From: Mobula hypostoma
Lineage: Eukaryota
Assembly: GCF_963921235.1 (NCBI RefSeq)
Contig: NC_086105.1
Coordinates: forward strand, 7,378,001 to 7,442,000
Direction: 5' to 3'
Length of the DNA: 64,000 bases
Each line of letters begins with the position of its first letter. The first letter of the stretch is position 1. This document shows positions 38,701 to 50,522 of the stretch, in pieces. Below the pieces are notes generated by a model. That model searched no databases. It was given only the letters and a program-made list of their open reading frames with translations, and was not told where the DNA came from. The position numbers and the translations under genes are program-made.

Positions 38701-40798
38701 AAATGAAGTATGACTACGTTATGAACTTTGAACACTAATGGTAGTATAGGTACACTAGCACCTGCTGAAAGAGACGAAAATTGCGGTTCTAATACTATGA
38801 AGTGCCTCAAATTCTGTCCTGACGTGAATGCGCGGAGAATTAGGGCGCAAGAGAACTGCGAAGTGGCCTGGTACTTAGCATGGAGCTATAGAAGAGCGAC
38901 GATTTTTGTAGCTCAGGGTCGTACCCAACCCCTCCCGCCCATTTTTAAAAAAACGCCCGCTCCAGCTGCGCGCGAACCCCTACCTCTGCTTCTCGGCCGT
39001 CACCCCAGAGCTCAGTGGGGCTTCATAATAGGAAGCTCAAGCACCTGCTGATTATAGTCCTACCCTCACTGCCTCCTCTTGGATGTGTCGCCCTCTTTCT
39101 CTCTCTGCTGGGTTGTAAAGCTCAGCCCAGCCGAGAGATCTCCCTTTGGCTGCCGTAGTGGAATCTCCGGGCTTTGGGAGAGTTGCGCCAGTAAAGAATG
39201 AACGGCGAGGCCAGCAGCTGCCATCACATCCAACAGGCAGTAATGAGGAGATCTTAGGGTCATTTGTCAAACTCCTCACCAGAGATGACCCCCTCCCCAC
39301 CGCCACTCACTGTGTCACTCTGCAGGCCACTTTCAGTCCCACATTTCAGTGCAGCCCCGGCCGACTCGATATCAACGCTCACATCGCGCCGATGCCCAAT
39401 ATTCATCAGGTTCCCAACAGCGGTTTCACCGTCTTTTTACCGATCCCATTAGCGTAGGAAGGCACTAGAGAGAAAGGAATGATCCCTTTTGAAAAGATTC
39501 TTTTATGTACTTTGGTGGGGAGGGGTTCGGTGCGGGCCACCTTAGGAAAAGCAAAGACACGTCGAAGTAGTGCACAGGCTTTGTTCTGAGTTTGTATTTT
39601 GAACTACTGTACTACTAAGAAACTTAAATTCAGATTGGGTATCAGTTGAAGCATTCACGAGAGATAACAACTCCTTCCCCGTAATCCCCTCTCAAAATTT
39701 AAATTCCCAACACCCAAGTAATACAGGCAGATGCAGCTGTCTGCCGCCACCTTTTTAAATTGGAAGCAAAAATCAGGGCACAAGTGACTGCAGTATTGGG
39801 CAACATCTGTATCGGGAAATGATCAGTTGACTTTACCGGGAGACCCAAAATGCTGTCTGTCCATTTTCCTCCTCAGATGCTGCCTGACCTGCTGAGCTCC
39901 TCTGGTAATTTGCCATTATTCTCTGGCAAAGCAAATCTGAATTGGCTGGTGCGGTGGAGAGGAAGTAAATTTTCCCAAAACACTGCCTCGTTTGAAACAA
40001 AAATGAAGTTCTAAGCTTGCTCGCAAGTAATTTATAATTTGTGGAGTGAAACGCATTTCCACGTTGAACACCAGGAAGATTGCTTATTATTTGTATGCAG
40101 AGAGGGATCAGATTCAAAGCTGGCCTTTACACTCCGAGGTCTCATTTCCTGTGGAAACCGTTTTATTTCAAGCCATTGCCACGGGAGCAGCCTAATTCTC
40201 GTTGGAATAGGAGTTTAGCGGGATTTTATCTGACTTCCAGTTACTGCTACCGAAAAAAATAACTAGTTGATTATTTTAAAGTCTGATTTATGAAAGTTTT
40301 TTCCCCCTTTGTGGGTCTGAAATGCAGGGTGAATCGTTCAGAATAGGTTTTGTGCTTTTCATCAAAGTACATCCTGTTCCCGATAGCAGTCTTCAAGCCC
40401 CATCCGCTGAAGCAGATGATTAACTACGTACTGTTACATATTACACTTGTTATATAAAAGAAGAATAATTACTATTTTCATGCAGTCCCTTTGGACGATG
40501 TCGCTAGCAAGAATTAATGCTGACAAAGACGGAATAATGAGACCGGGGGCCCGGGACGGCACCTATTGCTCCACGCGAGCCAAGATATCTCTTCCTACAT
40601 TAACATTTCTTATTCCTTTCATCTAGCCTCTCCCCTTATAATCGTCTCAGCCCTTGTTGTGGAAACAGGTTTTGCGCTGTAAACAGCTATCCAGAGGAGC
40701 ATAGATGTATTTACAATTTCTACACGTATTGCATAATTAAACAGTATATGAAGCCTGCAAATTGCCTTTCGTTGGCGCCACTTTGGTTCCCGTTGTTT

Positions 40799-41653
40799 TT
40801 ACTCTCGCACCGAGTCAGAATCCTTATTAAGTTCACTTTTCCCTGTCGTTTCAACGTCCTCGCTTTCTTCCATTTGCTCTGGCTCGTTCTCCGGTGATAA
40901 TTCCTCGGTGACTTCAGGGCGATAGTCGGCCCACTTTCCCACCCTCCGGACGTCCTCGCCCACCCTGGGGCCACTCTTACACGGATTGCGATCGTATATC
41001 ACCAGCTTCAGGTTTTTCATGTGGACCAGACTGGGGAAGAACTTGATCGAGTTTCGGTCCACGTCGATGATCTCCAGGCTATCGATCTCCAGTAGGACTT
41101 TAGGGAACTCAGAGAACAAGTTGCTCGAAATCCAGATGTTCTGAAGTTCCCGGAGGCGCCAGAGATCCATGGGCAGTTCTTTTAGCTGGTTACACCCTGC
41201 GTGCAAGATTCTCAGATGCTTCAGCTGCGACACCACCCTGGGGACCTCCTCGAAACAGTTCCCCTCGATCCACAGCGTTTTCAGTTCCGCCAGCGAGCTC
41301 AGTTCGGCCGGCAGGTCGCTCAGGTAGTTATTGCCCAGGTACAGGGAGGAGAGCTGGCGGAGACGGCATACCACCTGGGGCAGTTCTTTGAAACGATTGA
41401 AGTCCAGAGCCAAGATCTGCAGGCAGTTCAGCAGGTGAAGTTCGGGAGGAAGACTACTCAGATTGTTGTTACTCAGGTACAGTTTAATAAGTTCAGTGAA
41501 AGCACAGACCTGCAGCGGAAACTTCCTCAGATGTTTCCCGCTCAAATCCATCATTTTGTCCGGTGGTAGTTCCTCGATATCATCTCCCAAAAGGTAGTGC
41601 TGGCACGATTTAGACGGGAAAAAAGAAACCACGGACATTATAGCGTTTCCCAT
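40799..41653 (-). CDS. LRRC10: Leucine-rich repeat-containing protein 10 (cardiac), single coding exon, 284 aa
   Basis: Intact ORF with tandem LxxLxLxxN repeats. Motifs PDKMMDLSG, LQILALDFN and LKLVIYDRNPC..VRRVGKWA match vertebrate LRRC10. It lies convergent with CCT2, as in human. Confidence 0.95.
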   Translation of the reverse strand: MGNAIMSVVSFFPSKSCQHYLLGDDIEELPPDKMMDLSGKHLRKFPLQVCAFTELIKLYLSNNNLSSLPPELHLLNCLQILALDFNRFKELPQVVCRLRQLSSLYLGNNYLSDLPAELSSLAELKTLWIEGNCFEEVPRVVSQLKHLRILHAGCNQLKELPMDLWRLRELQNIWISSNLFSEFPKVLLEIDSLEIIDVDRNSIKFFPSLVHMKNLKLVIYDRNPCKSGPRVGEDVRRVGKWADYRPEVTEELSPENEPEQMEESEDVETTGKSELNKDSDSVRE

Positions 41654-41889
41654 TCCAGCGTCTCCTACATCTTTCGGGAGGACTGAAATGATCCTGTCAC
41701 CAGCGGTGTAAACGCAAAATGCTCGGCGCCTTTTAAGATTTCGTGAAGCTGAGCTAGCAGAGAGCTTTGCGGAGCTCGAAAGTGTTCTGATAATCGAAGT
41801 GGCGGCCGAAATGCGAGTCGAACGTGACTTTTACAGTGAGGGCTATGTAAGTTCAGCACCATCCTGAGAATCCAGCATCCAATACCATC

Positions 41890-42490
41890 GCCTTCCTTAT
41901 CTACAGAGCTGAGTGCTGTCCTTGTGAAATATATTTGGCAAACTCAAAAATAGCAACGTATGAAGCGCACTCCCGTGAAATTATCAGTGACGAGTTGGTG
42001 ATCGAGTCTGTCACAGTTGATACTCGTCCTCCGACTAGCCCTCAGCGCCGCCAGATCTGGACAAAAGCACATTCAGCTTAATTTTCGCATACAGGAAATG
42101 TCGCCGTGTTACCAGGGCACCGCTTTCTAGCTAGTTGTATCTGTTTCCCAGTCTAGTGCGGCGCTTGACTGCCTGTGTGGGAACACTGACCTCAATATCT
42201 GGCAAAGGCAGAGGAGGAATTCATCTCAGTTCTGCTTCATGTCATCTTATTCTGAGCACGGGCTTGCTGTGCTTTCTTAGTACTTGTTATCTTGGCTGTA
42301 GTCCAGCTATTTATCTTCCATCCCTCGTCGTCAACCACCCCCAAATGTTTCTATATTCGGGATCCATGAGAAACGAATTGACTCCAAATCCTAGGTCAGA
42401 AGAAATTGTAGACCTCGCCGCTTAGGCAACAGAATTTATTGACATCTGGAGAAAATAAAAGCACGCAAAAATCTAGCCTTATTTGGTCTT
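41890..42490 (-). promoter_or_regulatory. Putative cardiac promoter of LRRC10
   Basis: Repeat-free upstream region with GATA sites (41897-41902, 41981-41986), an AT-rich TATA-like box (41927-41936), MEF2-like TCAAAAATAG (41944-41953) and a perfect CArG box CCTTATTTGG (42477-42486). Confidence 0.5.
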
Positions 42491-43097
42491 TTCTATTAAC
42501 TAACAGCTCTGTTAAAATATGTGGTTAATTTATTCATGGTGATGACATATCAGATATTTTTGCAAAAGATAACCATACAGGATTCTGAGGGTTTCTTGAA
42601 TAAAATAATAATTCATTTTTATTTCATTAAATTAAATTGCTTAACACTCATGTAACTGATAAGCACAGATACGTGGAATGGGTAGCTAATCCTTCAACAT
42701 AACACATAAATTCAGCTCCATTCAGAGGTCAAATGTTGGTTTCAAAGTGAAGGGTTTGGAGATGACATATTTTACATTTGTACAGGGTGGTGGCGAGGTC
42801 ACAACTGGAACATTCGGCACAGTTTTGGTTCCCTTATCTAAAAAATAGATACAGCAGCATCGGACCAGTCCAAAGGAGATTCACTAGGTTAATTCCTCAG
42901 TGGGGGATTGTCCAATCAAGAAAGGCCAAGCAGCACGGGTCCATTCTCTATTGTATAGAAGGGTGAAGGATCTCTTTAGTGAGACACAGACAAGCTTCAG
43001 TGGGCGTGACAGGGTTGATGTTGAGATGTTTTCACAAGTGGGAAAATCTCAAATGAAGGGGCATCTTACAAAGTAAGAGACTGGTCATTGAAAGTGA

Positions 43098-43337
43098 CTT
43101 ACTTAAACCAATCACCCCCACTGGGGTACAGGCCACCAGCAGCAGCTCACTGGAGTCCTCTGTCCTGGGCCAGCCTTTCAAATTATTGCAGGTGTAGCCC
43201 ATCTTCTCCTTCCCCTCCCAAGGATAAGGTCTTTGCAGCCTCTGTAGCACTGGGTTTTTACAGGATAGTGTTGCTGGCCCAATGCCCAACCGTCCTCCTT
43301 TCGCAGCCAGGCCTGAGACCATCCATGGTGGAGTTTG
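43098..43337 (-). mobile_element. Bipartite non-autonomous RTE-derived element (5' end fused to 3' end)
   Basis: 10-bp TSD TTGAAAGTGA at 43088-43097 and 43338-43347; RTE C-terminal relic LAQDRGL..GGLYP; (TAAG)n tail; inserted in an old CR1 fragment. Confidence 0.8.
43285..43337 (-). ncRNA. Degenerate twister ribozyme (type P1) relic
   Basis: AAA CUCC ACC AUGG AUGG UCUCAGGC CUGG CUGCGAAA GGAG GACGG UUGGG aligns with the twister consensus UAA-P2-GCC-..-CCGG UCCCAAGC CCGG-AAA-P2'-GAGGG-P1'. Confidence 0.65.
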
Positions 43338-43636
43338 TTGAAAGTGAGGTGTGTAGAAATTTCCTTGTTTCAAGTTTGGTGAATTGATGGAAACACTCTG
43401 CCTCAGAGTGGTCCAAAGGTTAAGGATCCTTAGAAGTATGGAAAAGGTCAGGTCTGGCTGGACCGCTGAGATTGGGTGAGACTAGAACTAGAGGTCATGG
43501 CTTAAGGGAGAAAAGTGAACTGCTTAAAGGGAACATGAGGGGGAACCTTTTCACTCAGAGGGTGATGAGAGTATGGAATGAGCTTCCAGCAGGCATGGTG
43601 GATACATGTTCAATTCCAACATTTAAAAGAAATGTT

Positions 43637-45922
43637 AAGTGTGTGTATGGGAACACTTTGGTTCCAGTGATCATAACACCATTAGTTTCAACTTGATCAT
43701 GGATAAAGATAGATCTGGTCTTCAGGTTGAGGTTCTAATCTGGAAAAAGGCCAGATTTGAAGAAATGAGAAAGGATCTAAAAAGCATGGATTGGGACAGG
43801 TTGTTCTCTGGTGAGGATGTGATTGGTAAGTGGGAGGCCTTCAAAGGAGAAATTTTGAGAGTGCAGAGTTTGTATGTTCCTGTCAGGATTAAAGGCAAAG
43901 TGAATAAGAATAAGGAACCTTGGTTCTCAAGGGATATTGGGACTCTGATAAAGAAGAAGAGAGAGATGTATGACATGTATAGGAAACAGGGAGCAAATAG
44001 GTGCTTGAGGAGTATAAAAAGAGCAAAAAAAAACTTAATAAAGAAATCAGGAGGGCTAAAAAAGACATGAGGTTGCTTTGGCAGTCAAGGTGAAGGATAA
44101 TCCAAAGAGCTTCTACAGGTATATTAAGAGCAAAATGATAGTAAGGGATAAAATTGGACCGCTTGAAGATCAGAGTGGTCAGCTATGTATGGAACCAAAA
44201 GAAATGGAGGAGATCTTACATGGGTTTTTTGTCTGTATTTACTATGGAAACTGGCATGGAGTCAATGGAAATAAGGCAAACAAGTAGTGAGGTCATGGAA
44301 TCTATACAGATTGAGGAGGAGGAGGTGCTTGCTATCTTGAGGCAAATCAGAGTAGATAAATCCCCAGGACTTGACAGGGTTTCCCCTCGGACCTTGAAGG
44401 AGACTAGTGTTGAAATTGCAGGGGTCCTGGCAGATATATTTAAGATGTCGGTATCTACGGGTGAGGTGCCAGAGGACTGGAGGATAGCTCATGTTGTTCC
44501 GTTGTTTAAAAAAGGATCAAAAAGTAATCCGGGAAGTTATAGGCCGGTAAATTTGTCGTCAGTAGTAAGTAAATTATTGGAAGGAGTACTAAGAGATAGG
44601 ATCTACAAGTATTTGGATGGACAGGGACTTATTAGAGAGAGTCAACATGGCTTTGTGCATAGTAGGTCACGTTTAACAAATCTAATTTTTTGAGGAGGCT
44701 ACCAGGAAAGTGGATAAAGGGAAAGCAGTGGATGTTGTCTACATGGACTTCAGTAAGGCCTTTGACAAGGTCCCGCATAGGAGGTTAGTTAGGAAGATTC
44801 AGTCGCTAGGTATACATGGAGAGGTAGTAAATTGGATTAGACATTGGCTCAATGGAAGAAGCCAAAGAGTGGTAGTAGAAAATTGCTTCTCTGAGTGGAG
44901 GCCTGTGACTAGTGGTGCACCACAGGGATCAGTGCTGGGTCCATTGTTATTTGTCATCTATATCAATGATCTGGATGATAATGTGGTAAGTTGGATCAGC
45001 AAATTTGCTGATGATACAAAGATTGGAGGTGTAGTAGACAGTGAGAAAGGTTTTCAGAGCCTGCAGAGGGACTTGGACCAGCTGGAAAAATGGGCTGAAA
45101 AATGGCAGATGGAGTTTAATACAGACAAGTGTGAGGTATTGCACGTTGGAAGGACAAACCAAGGTAGAACATACAGGGTTAATGGTAAGTCACTGAGGAG
45201 TGCAGTAGAACAGAGGGATCTGGGAATACAGATACAAAATTCCCTAAAAGTGGCGTCGCAGGTAGAGAGGGTCGTAAAGAGGGCTTTTGGTGCATTGGCC
45301 TTTATAAATCAAAGTATTGAGTATAAGAGTTGGAATGTTATGGTGAGGTTGTATAAGGCATTGGTGAGGCAGAATTTGGAGTATTGTGTGCAGTTTTGGT
45401 CACCAAATTACAGGAAGGATATTAATATAGTTGAAAGAGTGCAGAGAAGGTTTACAAGGATGTTGCCGGGACTTGAGAAACACAGTTACAGAGAAAGGTT
45501 GAATAGGTTAGGACTTTATTCCCTGGAGTGTAGAAGAATGAGGGGAGATTTGATAGAGATATATAAAATTATGATGGGTATAGATAGAGTGAATGCAAGC
45601 AGGCCTTTTCCACTGAGGCAAGGGGAGAAAAAAACCAGAGGACATGGGTTAAGGGTGAGGGGGGAAAAGTTTAAAGGGAACATGGGGGGGGGCTTCACAC
45701 AGAGAGTGGTGGGAGTATGGAATGAGCTGCCAGATGAAGTGGTAAGTGCGAGCTCACTTTTAACATTTAAGAAAAACTTGGACAGGTACATGGATGAGAG
45801 GTGTATGGAAGGATATGAACCAGGTGCAGGTCAGTGGGACTTGGCAGAAAAATGGTTCGGCACAGCCAAGAAGGGCCAAAAGGCCTTTTTCTGTGCTGTA
45901 ATGTTCTATGGTTCTGTGGTTC
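43637..45922 (+). mobile_element. Young 5'-truncated CR1 LINE nested in an older CR1 3' end
   Basis: [36 protein letters not shown]; the RT and C-terminal ORF is open from 44710; (ttctatgg)n tail; several upstream frameshifts. Confidence 0.95.
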
Positions 45923-46365
45923 TAAGTTTGGATAGGATGGATGTGGAGATCTATAGCTGGATGCAGGTCATTGGAACTGGGCAAGTTAATAGTTTGGCTC
46001 TGACTAGATGGGCCAAAAGGTCCATTTTGGTGCTGCAGAAATCTATGATTCTCTGGTTCACATGTTAAAGTTCCAAGTTGGGGCAAGGCATATTCTAGCA
46101 GCTTTCAACAGAACCCACAAAAGTTGGTTGGAGTAGGTTATTTGCAGGCAAGCGGCATCCAGAAAATGGAGACTTTTAAAAGAGAGACAAGAGCTCACTG
46201 TATTAGAGCAAGTCAATCAATAGTATTTGAAGATTATGTATCACATGACACAAAGTTAGGATAATAGGTCCTTTTTAAGGCTGCTATTTTCTTGGAGTGT
46301 GCTTTGAAAATGTTGGCATCAAATTTCTTTTTTTGGGCATGGTCAAAGCTATATTGAACTGGGAA

Positions 46366-46916
46366 CACAAGGAAATCTGCAGATGCTGGAATTTCAAGCA
46401 ACACACGTAAAAGTTGCTGGTGAACGCAGCAGGCCAGGCAGCATCTCTAGGGAGAGGTACAGTTGATGTTTCTGGCCGAGACCCTTCGTCAGGACTATCT
46501 GAAAGAAGAGCTGGTAAGAGATTTGAAAGTAGGAGGGGGAGGGGGAGATCCGAAATGATAGGAGAAGACATGAGGGGGAGGGATGGCACCAAGAGCTGGA
46601 AATTTAAAAGGGATATGAGAGGATCATGGGACAGGAGGCCTAGGGAGAAAGGAAGGTGGGGGGGGGGGAACCAGAGGATGGGCAAGGGGTATAGTGAGGG
46701 GGACAGAGGGGGAAAAAGACGATCCTCTCATATCCCTTTTGCCAATCACCTGTCCAGCTCTTGACTCCATCCCTCCCCCTCCTGTCTTCTCCTATCATTT
46801 TGGATCTTCCCCTCCCCCTCCCACTTTCAAATCTCTTACTAGCTCTTCCTTCAGTTAGTCCTGACAAAGGGTCTCGGTCCGAAACGTCGACTGTACCTCT
46901 TCCTAGAGATGCTGCC
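46366..46916. mobile_element. Fold-back Penelope-type terminal-repeat insertion
   Basis: Inverted arms at ~46437-46625 and 46721-46916; 13-bp TSD ATTGAACTGGGAA at 46353-46365 and 46917-46929. Confidence 0.85.
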
Positions 46917-47579
46917 ATTGAACTGGGAAGGTGTTTTATTTATTGCTGAAATAAGTACAGGGAATGAAGAAAAATAAAAATGCTGTAAATCTAAAATAGA
47001 ATCAGAAAATATTCAGCAGCTCAGTCCACGTTTATGGGAAGAGAGACAAAGGCAGTATTTCAGTTTGCAGACACTTTATTGGGCCATGAACAACAGGGAA
47101 TTCTGAAAATACTCAGTAGGTCAAGCAACATCTAAGGAAAGAGAAACAGAGCTATCATTTCAGGTCGCTGACCATTCATTGGAATGGAATACCGGAGTGC
47201 TGATTTTACCTCTTATCCATTCTATTTTACATTTAATCCTTTCTTGACAAAATATCAATAATCATAAATCCACGACTGCTGCTTATGATAAGGCTCCTTC
47301 AAAGTAACATAGTGCCTCACAGTGTCATTAATACTCCAATATGACAAATAAGACAACTGTTTTCTACACATAAATTGATGGAGTAATTTGCAATGTTGGT
47401 TAATCTATATAATTTGGCAATGTTGGTTAACCTATATAATTTGGCTAGGACCTTGCAAGAACCCCTCTCCCTCTTCAAGTGGTACCACGAGTATCTTATA
47501 TTCATATTAGATAGCAGAATGAGTAATGTTTAATAAGACCGTGCAGAGCTCCCCCAAAAAATGTTCTAGTTGATGTTAA

Positions 47580-47728
47580 AAACGCAAACAACAGGAATTC
47601 TGCAGATGCTGGAAATTCAAGCAACACACATCAAAGTTGCTGGTGAACGCAGCAGGCCAGGCAGCACCTCTAGGAAGAGGTACAGTCGACGTTTCAGGCT
47701 GAGACCCTTCGACAGGACTAACTGAAGG
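47580..47728 (-). mobile_element. Penelope-type terminal repeat fragment
   Basis: Near-identical to 12884-13025; hammerhead motif at 47683-47720 with CUGUCGA core. Confidence 0.8.
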
Positions 47729-48890
47729 ACACTCCAGATCCGATGCAGCACAACAAACAGTAGCATAGGGGTTAGCACAACACTTTACAGTGCAGGCAAC
47801 CCAGGTTCAATTCCTGCCGCTGCCTCTGAGGAGTTTGTATGTTCTTCCCATGACCACATGGTTTTCCTCCGGGTGCTCCGGTTTCCTTCCACATTCCAAA
47901 GATCTACCAGTTGATAGGTTAATTGGTCATTGTAAATTGTCTAGTGATTATACTAAGATTAAAAAATGAAGAATTGCTGGGCGGTGCAGCTCAAAGGGCC
48001 AGAAGGACTATCTCAATAAATAAAAAAAACCACAATAATAATAATTGTAAAAACACAATAAATGTAAATACATAAGCTAGCTTATAGATAGATTATATGC
48101 TTATATTGATTATACATCTAAGTGACTCAAGGCTGTCCATGAGGTGACTGACGGGAAATAATAAAGTAATGGTGGAGCTAGTGGGTGGAGGTGATGATCA
48201 GCTTTACTGCTTGGGGAAAGCCTGGTGTCCTGTTGTGGATGCTACATAGTCTCCTCTCTGATGGGAGTGGGACAAACAGTACATGACAGGGTGGGTGGGA
48301 TCCTTCATGATGTTACTAGCCCCTTTCCTCCACCTTTTTGTACATATGCCCTTGATGGTTGTTGACTGACCCCAGTGATGCATTGGGCAGCTTTGACTGC
48401 CCATTATAGAGCCTTAAAACTTAGAAAAGCTTGCCTAACTGAAATGTTTAAGTGGTTAATGATTGAACAGCTGGTGATGCTAGTCCTGTGGGTTATTGAC
48501 ATTCAGTGTTTTGTCCTGTCAGTACTTTGTGGACCTTAGCAAGTACATAGTACTTATCAAAATGTTCTATCAGCAGTAGTCAGTCAAGATGACCTTACCA
48601 CTGAACCAACAGATATTACCAATGAAGACCAGTATCATTCATTTAGAATAGAAAAGCAGACATTTTTCTCAGGCATTCCTGAATATAAATGCAATAACAG
48701 TGTCCATCAAATTAAGTAGATAAACGAGATGCAAACTATGTCATGGACTTTAACCATGAGAGACACTGTTCTTCATCATCATTTTATTCTCCTAATGGAC
48801 TTTGAGTTTCATCTGTTTTTAGAAATCATTTGAACCGGTAAATGGGCAATTTTTTCCCCCAAATGTAGACTATTATTGCATTGAAACAGA

Positions 48891-49222
48891 TACCTATTGC
48901 CTATTATTCCGCTGGTATTTAGGGTAGCAATGAAGGTCCCCCATCTCTCTCTGTCCTTGGCCACTCTGATGTAAAAGGATTCTTTGTTGCTGCTTCCATA
49001 ACAGTTTTATTTTACCAGTCAGGGTTGTTCGCCCTGAGTTGAACGCCTGAACCTGGAGGACTGATGGACCACTCTTAGTCTGGCCTCTACCCTTTGATCT
49101 GTTTGGCATGGGTGACCCTACCAAGAGTAAAAACATAAGCTCTGACTCCAGCCAACATAGTTCTTTGGGTCATTGAGGCAGGAAAGCCTCCAAACTACGA
49201 CAAGGTGTGATCCTCCTGAGGG
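48891..49222 (-). mobile_element. Bipartite non-autonomous RTE-derived element (Rex3/BovB-like 5' UTR)
   Basis: 11-bp TSD ATTGAAACAGA at 48880-48890 and 49223-49233; 5' GGATCACACCTTGTCG...GTGGTCC; 3' end encodes the relic AKDRERW. Confidence 0.7.
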
Positions 49223-49706
49223 ATTGAAACAGACGCAATGAATTTAATATGCACTAATTCTGCAGAATCTTATTGGGAGAGACGTTGGTAAAGGAACATC
49301 ACTCTTTCCTACAGCCAATGATCTAATTTTAAGGACTCTTTATCTCATTGTCTCATGTTCTCGTTATTTATTGCTATTTATTAATATTTGCATTTGCACA
49401 GTTTGTTGTCTTCTGCACTCTGGTTGATCTTTCACTGATCCTGTTACAGTTACTATTCTATAGATTTGCTGAGTATGCCCCCAGGAAAATGAATCCCAGT
49501 GATGTACATGGTGGCATAGATGTACTTTGATAATAAAATTTACCTTGCACTTTGAAATGAAGTTCTTATTTGTGATAATCATAGGCTTCATTGGTGCCTT
49601 TTGCCAGTCTCATTATAAAATCTAAGTTATATAAATCAGGACAGAATTTAAATCTTATATCTGTTGAGTTAGCTTTATCCTCAGTATTCACCCCCTATTA
49701 CAAAAT

Positions 49707-50522
49707 AAGACCATAAGACAAAGGAGCAGAAGTTGGCCATTCGGCCCATCGAGTCTGCTCCACCATTTTATCATGAGCTGATCTATTCTCCCATTTAGTC
49801 CCACTCCCCCGCCTTCTCACCATAACCTTTGATGCCCTGGCTACTCAGATACCTATCAATCTCTGCCTTAAATACACCCAATGACTTGGCCTCCACTGCT
49901 CCCCGTGGCAACAAATTCCATAGATTCACCACCCTCTGGCTAAAAAAATTTCTTCCCATCTCTGTTCTGAATGGGCGCCCTTCAATCCTTAAGTCCTCTC
50001 GTACTAGACACCCCCATCATGGGAAACAACTTTGCCACATCCACTCTGTCCATGCCTTTCAACATTTGAACTGTTTCTATGAGGTCTCCCCTCATTCTTC
50101 TAAACTCCAAGGAATACAGTCCAAGAACGGACAAACGTTGCATAACCATACACTTTCCAACATTGTATTTCATTTGCCACTTCTTTGCCCATTCTTCCAA
50201 TCTATCCAAGTTTCTACACAGACTCTCTGTTTCCTCAGCACTACCGGCCCCTCCACCTATCTTCGTATCATCAGCAAACTTAGCCACAAAGCCATCTATT
50301 CCATAATCCAAATCGTTGATGTACAATGTAAAAAGAAGCGGCCCCAACACTGATCCCTGTGGAAAACCACTGGTAACCGGCAGCCAACCAGAATAGGATC
50401 CCTTTATTCCCACTCTCTGTTTCCTGCCAATCAGCCAATGCTCTATCCACGTATGTAACTTCCCCGTAATTCCATGGGTTCTTATCTTGTTAAGTAGCCT
50501 CATGTGTGGCACCTTGTCAAAA
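49707..50522 (-). mobile_element. Internally deleted CR1 LINE
   Basis: FDKVPH, PQGSVLGPLLF and KFADDTK fused directly to [15 protein letters not shown]. Confidence 0.9.

Noticed and set aside
41201-41569. 122-aa ORF antisense to LRRC10
   Set aside because: Shadow ORF caused by codon bias of the Leu-rich sense strand.
47385-47445. 27-bp tandem duplication (and a 30-bp one at 12620-12670) as a CRISPR-like array
   Set aside because: Only about two units with no spacers; ordinary slippage duplications in a eukaryotic genome.
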